From: a virus
Lineage: Duplodnaviria > Caudoviricetes
Reading direction: 5' to 3' (one strand)
IMG/VR virus record: IMGVR_UViG_3300025015_000034
Location: 1-55,135 of that record
Length of the DNA: 55,135 nt
Both the position numbers and the translations under genes were made by a program. The notes beneath the pieces were generated by a model. That model was not told the DNA's origin and did not search any database. It was given only the letters and a program-made list of their open reading frames with translations. Shown here piece after piece: positions 8,201 to 18,504 of the stretch (positions are counted from its first letter, which is position 1; each line of letters starts with the position of its first letter).

Positions 8201-10045
8201 ATGGCTAAATTATTTCAAAATAAAAATTCTAGTATATTAAATGACTATAATAATAGTAGTCATCCTAATGATATAATAGATCTATCAACTGATCCAACTC
8301 TATTAACTATGTATAATAATATTAAACCTGAGAATAGTTTAATATCAGGCGGAGGTATGAGTTTAGTTGACAGATATTATAAAGAATATGGTTATACATC
8401 AATGGTTGGTGATTTAGCTGGATATCTAACAGGAGTAAAATCTCCTACAGATTTAATACAAACAGGAATTAGTAAATTAGCAACAGGTGCAAGTAGAGGT
8501 GGAATAAATTCCTTTTTATTTTCTGTTGCTAATCAAGTACTAAGAAATCCATTTATAGAAAATACAATTAATAATTTTTTAGCTAGTCCATTTGATTTTT
8601 CTACTGCAACTGGAGTAGAATTACAATTAATACCATCTGAACAATTCATAGAAGTCAACCACCAAAAATATTTTAATGCCAATGTAGGAAGTAATATAGA
8701 TGGTAGTATATTAGGATCTATATTTAAACCTATAGTTTCATCTATAATATCAAGTGTTGCAAATAGTGGAAGATTAGGAATGAGTGATGCAACACAATTA
8801 TTAGCTGGAGGGTTAAATGCGAATGAAATAATGCAGCTTTCTAGAGATGGAATAAAATACACAAAGGCTGCTGGTTTTTTTGATCCAACTAGACCTATTT
8901 GGAATTCTAAACTATTAAAAAATTGGTCAGAAGATCCAGAAAATGTTTATACTTATGATAAATTTACTCATATGGGTGATGGTTCATTAAGCTATTCACT
9001 CACAAGAGATACCCAATTCGGCGATGATTCTAAATTAGGTGATTCAATATTACAGAGATGGCAAAAACGACAAGATGAAATAACAGAGAATGATTATAAA
9101 TTAAATAAACTGGTAGCAACTACCATCGATTCAAATCCTCCATATATTTCTCCTGTAAGTTTAGGTGCTCCAGGTGGTGGTTTAGGTAGTTTGGGAAAAT
9201 CATCTAATGGAATATTCAATAATATAATACAAAATAATGCAGATAAAGTTAAAGGATATCAACAGTCACTTGGATCTAGTCCTAACACAGATGAAAGTTT
9301 AGAGGGTACTTATACTGCTCAGGAGGAAATTAGTATAAGGATGCAGAGATTAGGTTTTACTAGAGGTGAAAGTTATGTTGGTTCAACTGCTCAAATTGAT
9401 AGAAATTTAGGTCATGGAGATGCAGACAAAATTAATGTATTAGATGTAGGAGATGATTATCCAGAAGGAACAGCAGATATAATTAAATTTATATTTGAAG
9501 ATATATCAAGTAAACCTGGGATTGATATTCCAATAATATTTAGAGCGATATTAACTGGAATAAAAGATAATATTAAACCAACCTGGAATGAAACCAACTA
9601 TCTAGGACGTCCTGACCAATTTTATACCTACAACGGAATAACACGAGATATTAATTTTTCACTTTCAGTTTATATAGGTAGTGTAAATGAAATAACATCT
9701 CAGTGGAAGAAAATAAATAGGTTAGCTGGATTATGTTATCCTATAGAATTTGGTGTTGGTAAAGGAATGAAAGCACCTATTATAAGATTAACCATAGGTG
9801 ATTTGTATAAAAGAATTTATGGGTTTATCTCAGATTTTTCTGTAGATATTCCTGATGAGGCGTTTTGGGATACAGAAGCAGGAAGACAATTACCTCAACT
9901 AATTAATATAGGAATATCATTTACTGTAATGTTTGAAAATGATCAACCGAGAACAGATGTTGCTCATTTTATCAATGAAAGTTTAGGAAAAATAAAGATA
10001 AATGATAAAGAAGATTATTTAATGATAGAAAGAAAAAATAAATAA
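8201..10045 (+). CDS. baseplate / tail tube initiator-like protein
   Basis: C-terminal FRAILTGIKDN..PTWNE..YLGRPD.FYTY....RDINFS...APIIRLTIGD tube-fold motif; follows tape measure. Confidence 0.65.
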   Translation: MAKLFQNKNSSILNDYNNSSHPNDIIDLSTDPTLLTMYNNIKPENSLISGGGMSLVDRYYKEYGYTSMVGDLAGYLTGVKSPTDLIQTGISKLATGASRGGINSFLFSVANQVLRNPFIENTINNFLASPFDFSTATGVELQLIPSEQFIEVNHQKYFNANVGSNIDGSILGSIFKPIVSSIISSVANSGRLGMSDATQLLAGGLNANEIMQLSRDGIKYTKAAGFFDPTRPIWNSKLLKNWSEDPENVYTYDKFTHMGDGSLSYSLTRDTQFGDDSKLGDSILQRWQKRQDEITENDYKLNKLVATTIDSNPPYISPVSLGAPGGGLGSLGKSSNGIFNNIIQNNADKVKGYQQSLGSSPNTDESLEGTYTAQEEISIRMQRLGFTRGESYVGSTAQIDRNLGHGDADKINVLDVGDDYPEGTADIIKFIFEDISSKPGIDIPIIFRAILTGIKDNIKPTWNETNYLGRPDQFYTYNGITRDINFSLSVYIGSVNEITSQWKKINRLAGLCYPIEFGVGKGMKAPIIRLTIGDLYKRIYGFISDFSVDIPDEAFWDTEAGRQLPQLINIGISFTVMFENDQPRTDVAHFINESLGKIKINDKEDYLMIERKNK

Positions 10046-10057
10046 TTAAGAAAAATT

Positions 10058-10366
10058 ATGGCTAAAAGTAGATATTTATATTCACCTAAAACAAAAGCAA
10101 ATAATAAAGAAATTTATGATAACATGCAATATCCTATTATAGATCAACTTGCTAATGATAATTATATTATTACCAATGTATCCACAAGATTAGATCTATT
10201 AGCACATGAGTATTATGGAGACTCAGAATTATATTGGATTATAGCAGTGTGCAATAACATTTATGGTACACTATTTACAGAACCTGGTTTACAATTATGT
10301 GTTCCAAATAGAAATAGGATATCAGATATATTTGCAAAATTGGAAAGCTTAAATAAAGGTAATTAA
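10058..10366 (+). CDS. baseplate wedge protein, LysM-like (gp53/tail X type)
   Basis: RLDLLAHEYYGDSELYWIIAVCN...PGLQLCVP. Confidence 0.8.
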   Translation: MAKSRYLYSPKTKANNKEIYDNMQYPIIDQLANDNYIITNVSTRLDLLAHEYYGDSELYWIIAVCNNIYGTLFTEPGLQLCVPNRNRISDIFAKLESLNKGN

Positions 10367-10368
10367 TA

Positions 10369-13014
10369 ATGATATATCAAGGATTTCCATATCTTAGTAC
10401 GATAGATCCAAAAATACAAGAGGAATTACGTAAACGACAAACATTAGAGTCACGTGAAAGAAATATAGATGCGTGGGCAAAGGTAACTAGTGGTGTTAAA
10501 AAGAAAGAAACAAATACTTTATATTATTTAGCTGGAACAATTAACAACACATCACAAAATCCAGATAATTATGAATTCAGAGATTTATATAATGTAGGCG
10601 ATAATAGACCTATAGGTGGAATGACTTCCTTAGATGTTTCCTATAAAACTATATATGGTGGAATTAGAGAAGCAACCGTAAAATGGTCAGTGAATAATTT
10701 ATTTCAGTTTAATGAAGCAGCTCCTTATTTTCTATGTCCAGGCAGAACAATGTTAATAGAATGGGGTTGGTCTGATGGTTCTAGTGATCACGCTCTTTTA
10801 CAAAGTCAATATGATGACATGAAACAAGAAAAAGGCCAACAGGCTTATTCTTATTTAAATGCACGAACAGTTGCTAATAATGGATTATACGATGGTATGT
10901 TAGGAATAGTTACAAATTATGATTTTAGTTTAAGAGAAGATGGTGGATATGATTGTACTACGTTTGTAACTAGTCAAGGTAGTTTAATGTATGGATTGAA
11001 TCTTATAAACCAAGTAGTTGTTAAAGATGGTTCAGCAGCTGATTCACAAGTAGATATGAAGAATTTAGTTGATATGTATTTAATAGACATAGCTACAAAT
11101 GAGTGGCAAACTGCTAGAAATAAAAAACGTAAAATACTTCAAACTCTTACATTTAAGGATAAGGAAGAAGAAAATGCAGTATATTTTGACTGCCAAGTTT
11201 ATATAGATGGTAAAGAAAGTAATGATGTTAGCAATAGGTTTGTGACATGGGGGTTTATAGAAGAAGTTATAGTTAATTATTGTATGGGAATAAAATATAA
11301 AAGTAATAGCAAACCATTGTTTATGCTTAGGAGTATAGATAATAATGATCCTTCCTATAATTCTGTAAAAATATTAAACCATCCATCACTTAGATCAAGT
11401 GATTTAACTAAATTTTTTATATGTAATCCAGATGCTCCAGATAGTAGTATGTTGAAATTTGGTGAATCAACTGAAAAAGTAGACTCAGCAATTACCAACT
11501 TTGGTTATTTAAGACATATGTATGTAAATTTAGATCTTGTCAAAAAGGCATTTACTGAACATGATACATTATCAGAAGCTTTAATATCTATATTAGATCA
11601 AATTAATGGAGCAGCAATTAATTTTTGGGATTTTAGTATTAAAATTGATGAACCAACTCAAACTGCTAGAATAATTGATGCACATTTTGTAAATGCAGAT
11701 CTCAAACAGAAACTAACAGATGCTAAATTAAAACCAGAATCTGACTTAAAGGATATTTTTATGTTTAGAGTATATGGCGGGACAGGATTTATTAAAAGTA
11801 TTTCATTTGATTCTAAATTGTCACAAGATATAAAACTTACGTCATTATATACTGTTAATAAAGATGAACAAAGTAAAATAATATTTAATAATGACAATGA
11901 TTCATTTTCATCACTTTGGAATAAAGGACAACAATATACAGATCACTTTTTAGACATTTTATTCTATGATGTACCAAAACCAGGAGAAGTAAAAGAAACT
12001 ATAACTGCACATGAATCTGTATATGGGGGTGTTAATGCACATTTTTCTGATGCTCTTACATCTAAATGTTTGCCTAAACGAAAACAAATACCAACTATAG
12101 CAACCGCAACATTAGCCCCGTCAGAAAATTTTATTTGGTGGGGTGGTAATGAAACCGAATATATGAAATTAGAAATATACGGTTCTACTGGTAACAATGC
12201 TAAGAATACATATATTATTCCAGCAGATTTTGAAATGGATATAGAAGGAATAGGGGGTATAAAGATAGGAGATACATTTTTAGTAGATGCTTTACCTGAC
12301 ATGTATTTAGAAACATCTGTACTTAGAGTAACAGGAGTTGATCATACGATAACAAAAAATTTATGGACAACAAAAATAAAAGCAATGTTGGCAGTTGCAG
12401 ATTTTAATAGAAAAGCATCTACTGTTAGAGGCAATATAGGTGGTGTACTTAAACCTGGAAAAGTTATTATACCCACTTCCCCAGATTTAACCGTATCTGA
12501 TAAAAAAGTCTTAAAATGGATAAAAAACAACATGGGTCCAACACTAAGAAGATACGCAAGTGGATTATATACAGAGGATATATTAGCAGGAATAATGTGG
12601 ACAGAAGCTCGTGGTCCAATCGGTACATTTGGGGTAGCACAAAAACAGACTGCTCAGCAAGTCTGTTCACAAATAAAAAATCCTGATGCCAGTAATATCG
12701 CATATAGTTTTTTTCAATTTAATTATAATGGGGTATCTAATGAGTATAAAAATTGGATAGATAGAGGTGGCTGGAAAAGACCTCATGAAGCAACAGAAAA
12801 GGCAGTACAATTATTATTAAGCAAAGAAAAGTATATAAGATCAAATGTTAGTTTAAGCAGTCAAGATTTATTAAAAGCTACCATATCATCTTATAATCAA
12901 GGAGAAGGGAACATCGTCAATCAATTAAAATCAGGACAAACCGTTGATACTTTAAATAATGCACAATATACGGTGAACGTATTAAAAGGTGCTAAGGATT
13001 ATCAGGCAATGTAA
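10369..13014 (+). CDS. baseplate hub protein with C-terminal lysozyme-like (SLT/GH23) domain
   Basis: N-terminal PG.TMLIEWGW and YDGMLG.VTNY; C-terminal LAGIMWTE, FFQF, ISSYNQGEGN resemble lytic transglycosylase motifs. Confidence 0.65.
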   Translation: MIYQGFPYLSTIDPKIQEELRKRQTLESRERNIDAWAKVTSGVKKKETNTLYYLAGTINNTSQNPDNYEFRDLYNVGDNRPIGGMTSLDVSYKTIYGGIREATVKWSVNNLFQFNEAAPYFLCPGRTMLIEWGWSDGSSDHALLQSQYDDMKQEKGQQAYSYLNARTVANNGLYDGMLGIVTNYDFSLREDGGYDCTTFVTSQGSLMYGLNLINQVVVKDGSAADSQVDMKNLVDMYLIDIATNEWQTARNKKRKILQTLTFKDKEEENAVYFDCQVYIDGKESNDVSNRFVTWGFIEEVIVNYCMGIKYKSNSKPLFMLRSIDNNDPSYNSVKILNHPSLRSSDLTKFFICNPDAPDSSMLKFGESTEKVDSAITNFGYLRHMYVNLDLVKKAFTEHDTLSEALISILDQINGAAINFWDFSIKIDEPTQTARIIDAHFVNADLKQKLTDAKLKPESDLKDIFMFRVYGGTGFIKSISFDSKLSQDIKLTSLYTVNKDEQSKIIFNNDNDSFSSLWNKGQQYTDHFLDILFYDVPKPGEVKETITAHESVYGGVNAHFSDALTSKCLPKRKQIPTIATATLAPSENFIWWGGNETEYMKLEIYGSTGNNAKNTYIIPADFEMDIEGIGGIKIGDTFLVDALPDMYLETSVLRVTGVDHTITKNLWTTKIKAMLAVADFNRKASTVRGNIGGVLKPGKVIIPTSPDLTVSDKKVLKWIKNNMGPTLRRYASGLYTEDILAGIMWTEARGPIGTFGVAQKQTAQQVCSQIKNPDASNIAYSFFQFNYNGVSNEYKNWIDRGGWKRPHEATEKAVQLLLSKEKYIRSNVSLSSQDLLKATISSYNQGEGNIVNQLKSGQTVDTLNNAQYTVNVLKGAKDYQAM

Positions 13015-13017
13015 TTT

Positions 13018-13392
13018 ATGTTAAACAAAATGTTAGAACCAGAATTAGAAAAAGAATTATATAAACAGATCTCTAGAATGGAGAAACTGAGGTTTGTTAA
13101 AGATATAGTGATTAAACCTACTGAGAAAGATTATAAGGATGGTATTATGGATAGATACTTCTTCAGACAGGTAAATAATCCTAAGGCAAGAATAGTGGAG
13201 GTTGATAAGAGACAGTGGAATTCATTTTCAAATGAACCTTTTTACAAAAAAGTTTCTCTACAGTGGAGAATAACTGGCAAACCAGAGATAATTGTCGATT
13301 CTAATTTAAGGTCTATAATTATAGCAGATAAAATATTATTTGGGATTAAAAAGAAACTCGAAAACAACTTGCTTCAATTTTATAAATTTTAG
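13018..13392 (+). CDS. conserved phage hypothetical protein
   Basis: PTEKDYKDG...RYF...WRITG motif; ORF abuts its neighbours. Confidence 0.65.
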   Translation: MLNKMLEPELEKELYKQISRMEKLRFVKDIVIKPTEKDYKDGIMDRYFFRQVNNPKARIVEVDKRQWNSFSNEPFYKKVSLQWRITGKPEIIVDSNLRSIIIADKILFGIKKKLENNLLQFYKF

Positions 13393-13419
13393 GACATTAA
13401 TTCTATATTTATATTAAAA

Positions 13420-14781
13420 GTGTGGTTATTTGTGCTATTTATAATTGAAAACGAAGAGAAATTAGAAAAGTTTATATCTGAATTTCATCGCTCAGATTGT
13501 ATATTGATTCCTATGCTCTGTGACCACCGAGATCATCCGGTATCCAATTATTTATTACTGTTATATATCTATATTTTAAATAATAAAAATACATATCTAT
13601 TTCCAATTAATACTAATGATTGTTTAAATTTGTCTATAGAAACTTTACAAAAGATTTTAATTACAGTAAATAATAATTCTTCTATTAAGTATGTTTTTGA
13701 CAAAAAACAACTCTATAGTATATTTGATTTAGATGATAAGTTTGTTGATTTGAAATTAATGGAGTATGTGAGTACCGGACAGTTAGAAATTAATTATGAT
13801 GAATTAATACCTGTTTATCAATTTTTCTATCGTACTAAATCTAAATTTAAAAATATAAATAGGTTGATTCCTGTTGTGAAGCACATTGAATTATTAGATA
13901 TGATGGTAGACAAAGCAATGTTTATTATTAATAAATATAAAGGTATTACATTTGAATTACCATTTAAATCTATGAATAATATTATGGTACCAGTTTTAGC
14001 TGAAATAGAAAAATCTAGGTTATATGTTAACGATGAATTTAGCAATAAGGCTATAATATCTAATAATTATTTATATTCCAATTATAATATGTTTACTCGT
14101 ACGTCTCGTCCTTCTTGTACATATAAAGGTTACAATTTAGTTTCAATTCCAAAAGAAAGTAACGATAGGAAATCTATAGAAAGCAGGTTTGAAGATGAGG
14201 GTACATTGTTGTTATTTGATTATGATGCCTATCATTTATACTTAACAGCAGAGATAATAGGAGAAAAATTTCTTGAAAATCCTCATTTGGTTCTAGGTAG
14301 AATATATTTTGGAAAAAATGAATTAACAGAAGAAGAATATGAAGAGTCAAAATCTATAACTTGGAAGTTATTATACAGTGGTATACCAAAAGAATTTTTA
14401 TTTATTCCAATGTTTAAAAAAATAAATGACTTTGTTAATGAACTATGGACCGCCTATAAAACTGATGGCTTTATATATACAAAACATTTTAAAAGAAAGT
14501 TAAAATTACAGTCCGATGGTTATGGAACACCTCAAAAATTATATAACTACTATATACAAGCACTTGAGACTGAGAACAACTGTTTAATATTAAATGAATT
14601 ACTATCTTATTATAAAAATATTGATGCAAAATCTAAGATAGTATTATATATTTATGATTCTATATTACTTGATATGTTTTTAGGTGATGGAATTAATTTA
14701 ATTAATGAAACGCGCCGCATATTGAGGTACCCAACAAAAATATATTTTGGAAAAAATTACAAAGAAATGTACAAAATTTGA
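13420..14781 (+). CDS. short family A DNA polymerase-like protein
   Basis: Motif A LLFDYDAYHL, motif B SKSITWKLLYSG, NYYIQA, motif C LYIYDSILLD; true start may be GTG 13432. Confidence 0.7.
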   Translation: MWLFVLFIIENEEKLEKFISEFHRSDCILIPMLCDHRDHPVSNYLLLLYIYILNNKNTYLFPINTNDCLNLSIETLQKILITVNNNSSIKYVFDKKQLYSIFDLDDKFVDLKLMEYVSTGQLEINYDELIPVYQFFYRTKSKFKNINRLIPVVKHIELLDMMVDKAMFIINKYKGITFELPFKSMNNIMVPVLAEIEKSRLYVNDEFSNKAIISNNYLYSNYNMFTRTSRPSCTYKGYNLVSIPKESNDRKSIESRFEDEGTLLLFDYDAYHLYLTAEIIGEKFLENPHLVLGRIYFGKNELTEEEYEESKSITWKLLYSGIPKEFLFIPMFKKINDFVNELWTAYKTDGFIYTKHFKRKLKLQSDGYGTPQKLYNYYIQALETENNCLILNELLSYYKNIDAKSKIVLYIYDSILLDMFLGDGINLINETRRILRYPTKIYFGKNYKEMYKI

Positions 14782-14826
14782 AAATCTTCATATTTATATA
14801 TAGATAAATAAATATGAGGATTTTTC

Positions 14827-15885
14827 ATGAAACAGAATAAATTTAACCTTTCTGACATTATGGACGCAGCTCTCGTCAACGAGAAAGCAGTATCTAAGAG
14901 TCAACAAAACCTATTTGGAATTGCTCACGCGATACAAAAAGGTGAGATTCCAGCTTCAAATACTCCTGCTGGTAAAATAGCAAAAACGGTATCTAAGAAA
15001 GATGTAAAAGATTTTGCATCTACTGATACAAAAAATTTACCTACAAAAAAAAAAACAGAATCTGTTAATAGTAATAATCTATCACAGTTAGTATCATATA
15101 AGAATAAAAAATATTATGTGAGTAAGTTTGAATATGATAATTCTAAGTTAGATGGTATTACATTATTTAAGGATAAAAATTTAAAAATACCAACTAATAT
15201 CTTAGTTAACAAAGAAACAATTAAACCTGTCGATGAATCTAAGATAAAAAAGTTAAAGGAGTTTAAAATGAAAAAATCAGAACTTAAACAACTTGTAAAA
15301 GAAGAATTAAAAACCATTGCCGAACAGCAAAGTGAACAATTGCCTCCAATGAGCATAGAAGAGAAAAAAGAATTTCTGGAAAACATTAAAAAATTCGATA
15401 CTTATGGCAAACATATATATACTGAAGTCGACCTTGTAGAATTATCAGAACAATTGAGTAACTTATGTAAGATTGCAGAAAGAGTAACACTCGAAGAAAC
15501 AGATGGCTGGTTTGATAAAATTACTGTGAACCGCAACATGAAAGAATTACATAGAATATCAGAAGAGTTTACAAAAACAGCAAAAGAAGCTAAATCAGTT
15601 CAAGAACGGATGAGGTCACTTTATGAGGACATGGGAACTACGCTTTCTAGATATTTTGAAGTAAAAAATAAAGAAGAGGTTCCTGAGGAACCTATTGTCT
15701 CAGAAGAAGAATCTGGACCAAGTAAATCTGAACGTCAACAAATATCTGGTCAACTTAAAAAACTAAAAGGTACTTTGAAGAATAAAAATGAACATTCTTT
15801 GGCCGTTGGTAACTGGAATGTAAACCTGAAGCGAGACCCTAAAACCGGACAGTGGGGTCGGTCATTTTCAAAAAAGTCGAATTAG
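14827..15885 (+). CDS. DUF3008-like protein fused to a second leader-bearing module
   Basis: AVSKSQQNLFGIAHAIQKG..AK..SKKDVKDFAST; internal ATG 15268 with AAGGAG RBS starts MKKSELKQLVKEEL. Confidence 0.65.
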   Translation: MKQNKFNLSDIMDAALVNEKAVSKSQQNLFGIAHAIQKGEIPASNTPAGKIAKTVSKKDVKDFASTDTKNLPTKKKTESVNSNNLSQLVSYKNKKYYVSKFEYDNSKLDGITLFKDKNLKIPTNILVNKETIKPVDESKIKKLKEFKMKKSELKQLVKEELKTIAEQQSEQLPPMSIEEKKEFLENIKKFDTYGKHIYTEVDLVELSEQLSNLCKIAERVTLEETDGWFDKITVNRNMKELHRISEEFTKTAKEAKSVQERMRSLYEDMGTTLSRYFEVKNKEEVPEEPIVSEEESGPSKSERQQISGQLKKLKGTLKNKNEHSLAVGNWNVNLKRDPKTGQWGRSFSKKSN

Positions 15886-15894
15886 GAGTAGAAT

Positions 15895-16637
15895 ATGCCA
15901 CGTGGAGTTTATATAAGAACAGAAAAAATTAAACAAAAGATGTCAAAGGCAAAAAAAGGTGAAAATAATCCTATGTATGGAAAATCTCTATATTCTGTTT
16001 GGTTAACGCTGTATGGAAAAGAAGAAGCTGATATTAAACAAAACAAACTAATAGAAAAAAGAACAAAAACAATAGTGGACAGTGGTGTATTGAGAGGTAA
16101 AAATAATCCTTTGTTTGGAAAACACCATACTAAAGAGGCAAGAAAAAAATATCTATAGCAGTCAAAAATAGAATTATTTCAGACGAAACAAGAAAAAAAT
16201 TATCTATTGCTGCAAAAGGTAAGATTTTCTCTGAGGAAGATAAACAGCGAATATATAAAACTAGAATAGGAAGACGCCAGTCTAAGGAACATAGAAAAAA
16301 CTCAAGACTTTCAGCAATTAAAAGAATAGAAAAGAATAAATTAAATGGAGGACAGTTAGCTCCATTGTATAATTCTAAATCTATTTCTATTATAGAAGAA
16401 TATGCTAAAATTAATGGGTATAACTTCCAACACGCAGAAAATGGCGGAGAATATTTTATAAAGGAATTAGGTTATTGGGTAGACGGTTATGATAAGGATA
16501 AGAATGTGGTAATTGAGTACTGTGAAGGACATCACAACCAACCTAAACGACATTTAAAAGATGAAAAGAGAAAACAAGAAATCATTAATTATTTAAATTG
16601 TGAATTTATAGAAATTAGAGAATCGGGGTTTCAATGA
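15895..16637 (+). CDS. NUMOD3-family homing endonuclease, frameshifted at an A7 run (16143-16149)
   Basis: MPRGVYIRT start, GENNPMYGK; second frame carries the family C-terminal domain. Confidence 0.75.
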
Positions 16638-16849
16638 GTGGTATTACAGTTATAGTGAGAGACAAGTATGCGGATAAAAGTAAAAACCTGGATTTAGCAT
16701 TAAAAAAATTTAAAAATAAAATTAAAGAATCTCAGATACTAATAGATTATATGGATCGACAGTATTTTATCAAACCTTCTGCGGTAAAAAGACGAAAAAA
16801 AATAATGGCAAAATTAAGACATAAGCATTTATTAATACACGAAAATTAG
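16634..16849 (+). CDS. rpsU: phage-encoded ribosomal protein bS21
   Basis: V.VR....NLDLALKKFK.K....IL....RQYFIKPSAVKRRKK, 71 aa. Confidence 0.85.
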   Translation: MSGITVIVRDKYADKSKNLDLALKKFKNKIKESQILIDYMDRQYFIKPSAVKRRKKIMAKLRHKHLLIHEN

Positions 16850-16857
16850 GAAAATAA

Positions 16858-17199
16858 ATGGAAGATAAAAATGGAAATAATATCCCAATATCAAAATATA
16901 TAATTGATACGGTTAATCTCAAATTTGAAAAAGTATATGCCAGATTTGAGTCTATTGATCATGCATTAGCACTGCGAGAAGAAAATTTACATGAAGATCT
17001 CATGCACCTAAACGAACTAAGAAGTGAAGTTATCACCGATAGGAATCTTTTAGTTAGAAAAACAGACTATGAAAATTTAAAGGAAAGAGTTAAAACAATT
17101 GAGGTACAACGTGATAATAAAACCAGAAATACTAATATTGCATTAGTTCTATCTTTTGTTGCAATAATACTTGGACTTATAGATAAATTTTTTAAATAA
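16858..17199 (+). CDS. coiled-coil protein with C-terminal transmembrane helix (holin-like, uncertain)
   Basis: C-terminal IALVLSFVAIILGLI hydrophobic stretch. Confidence 0.5.
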   Translation: MEDKNGNNIPISKYIIDTVNLKFEKVYARFESIDHALALREENLHEDLMHLNELRSEVITDRNLLVRKTDYENLKERVKTIEVQRDNKTRNTNIALVLSFVAIILGLIDKFFK

Positions 17200-17379
17200 A
17201 AACAAAGGTAATTAAAATATAAAATTTTAAATAATTCGATATTCTTCTACAGAATTCCCATATATATATAATACGAATACACTATCGTTTTCCTCATATA
17301 GTGTGACCGAACATAACAAACCTATATAAGACTTCTAAATAAGTCTCAATCTCGATAAATAATTATTGGAGAAATAATA

Positions 17380-18480
17380 ATGAGTGATATTTTAAAAAGT
17401 GCCATTGCAGAAGCAAAGGTATTAAAACAAATAGCAGTTCAAAATGCTAAAGATATGTTGTTAGAATCTTTTGATCAAAAAGTTGACGGAATACTTTCTG
17501 CTAAACTTCAAAAAGAAATGAACGGCGAAGATTCAGAAGATTCAGAAGTAACAGAAACAGAAGATCCTGGGAAACCAGATACATTTGATGCATTTGGTAA
17601 AAAAGATCAAGATGTTACACCAGTTTTGACAGAAGATGACGAAGAATTTCCGGAAGAAGACGAAGAAGACGAAGCAACTCCAGAAATTCCAACTGAAGGT
17701 GCAGAAGGTTCATTACCAGAAGATGTTATTCCAGACGAAGACGACGAGGAAGATTTAGAATTCGAAAGTATTCTAAAAGAACTTGACGACGAAGTTGAAG
17801 ATGACAAAACTAATCTTAGTGATGTAAACCCAAAACTTCCAGTAGAAGATGAAGAAGATTTAATTGTACCTCCTACAGAAGACGAACCAGTTCCAACTGA
17901 GGGCGTGGAAGATGTAGTTCCTCCTGTACCTGATAAAGATGACGACGAAGATATTGATATATCTGAGTTGTTTGAAGATGATGAGCAAGTTCCTGAGGTA
18001 CCTGATGAAGAAGATGAAGATGACGAAGAAGAACCAGTGCTACCAACAGAATCAATCAAAGAACTGAAAAACCTTCGTGTTGCAAATATGAAATTGAAAA
18101 AAGCAGTAAGACATAGAGAAAAAGTTATTGGTGGTTTGACAGAGCAAATGTCTCAAATTAATTTATTAAATCACAAGTTAGCTTTTACAACAAAATTGTT
18201 TAAACAGTTTAATCTATCTAATGAATCAAAGATGAAAATCGTTGAAACATTTGACAGAGCAAAGTCTACACGTGAGGTTAAATTGATTTATGCAACCTTA
18301 CATGAATCTTTAAAAAGTCCTGTTAGAAAGAAAGTAACTATTCAATCTATAAAGGAAGGAAAAGGAGCTTCAAAAACAGTTATTGGTGGTGGTGAAACTA
18401 GCACAATTCTTTCTGAAGGTTCAGACCTGACAAAAAGATTTGCTAAATTAGCAAACACTGAAAAATATTTTGATAAATAA
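17380..18480 (+). CDS. prohead core/scaffolding protein
   Basis: Directly upstream of the capsid gene; very acidic centre, coiled-coil C-terminus, many LxE sites. Confidence 0.75.
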   Translation: MSDILKSAIAEAKVLKQIAVQNAKDMLLESFDQKVDGILSAKLQKEMNGEDSEDSEVTETEDPGKPDTFDAFGKKDQDVTPVLTEDDEEFPEEDEEDEATPEIPTEGAEGSLPEDVIPDEDDEEDLEFESILKELDDEVEDDKTNLSDVNPKLPVEDEEDLIVPPTEDEPVPTEGVEDVVPPVPDKDDDEDIDISELFEDDEQVPEVPDEEDEDDEEEPVLPTESIKELKNLRVANMKLKKAVRHREKVIGGLTEQMSQINLLNHKLAFTTKLFKQFNLSNESKMKIVETFDRAKSTREVKLIYATLHESLKSPVRKKVTIQSIKEGKGASKTVIGGGETSTILSEGSDLTKRFAKLANTEKYFDK

Positions 18481-18504
18481 CAATAATATAACGGAGAAAA
18501 ATAT

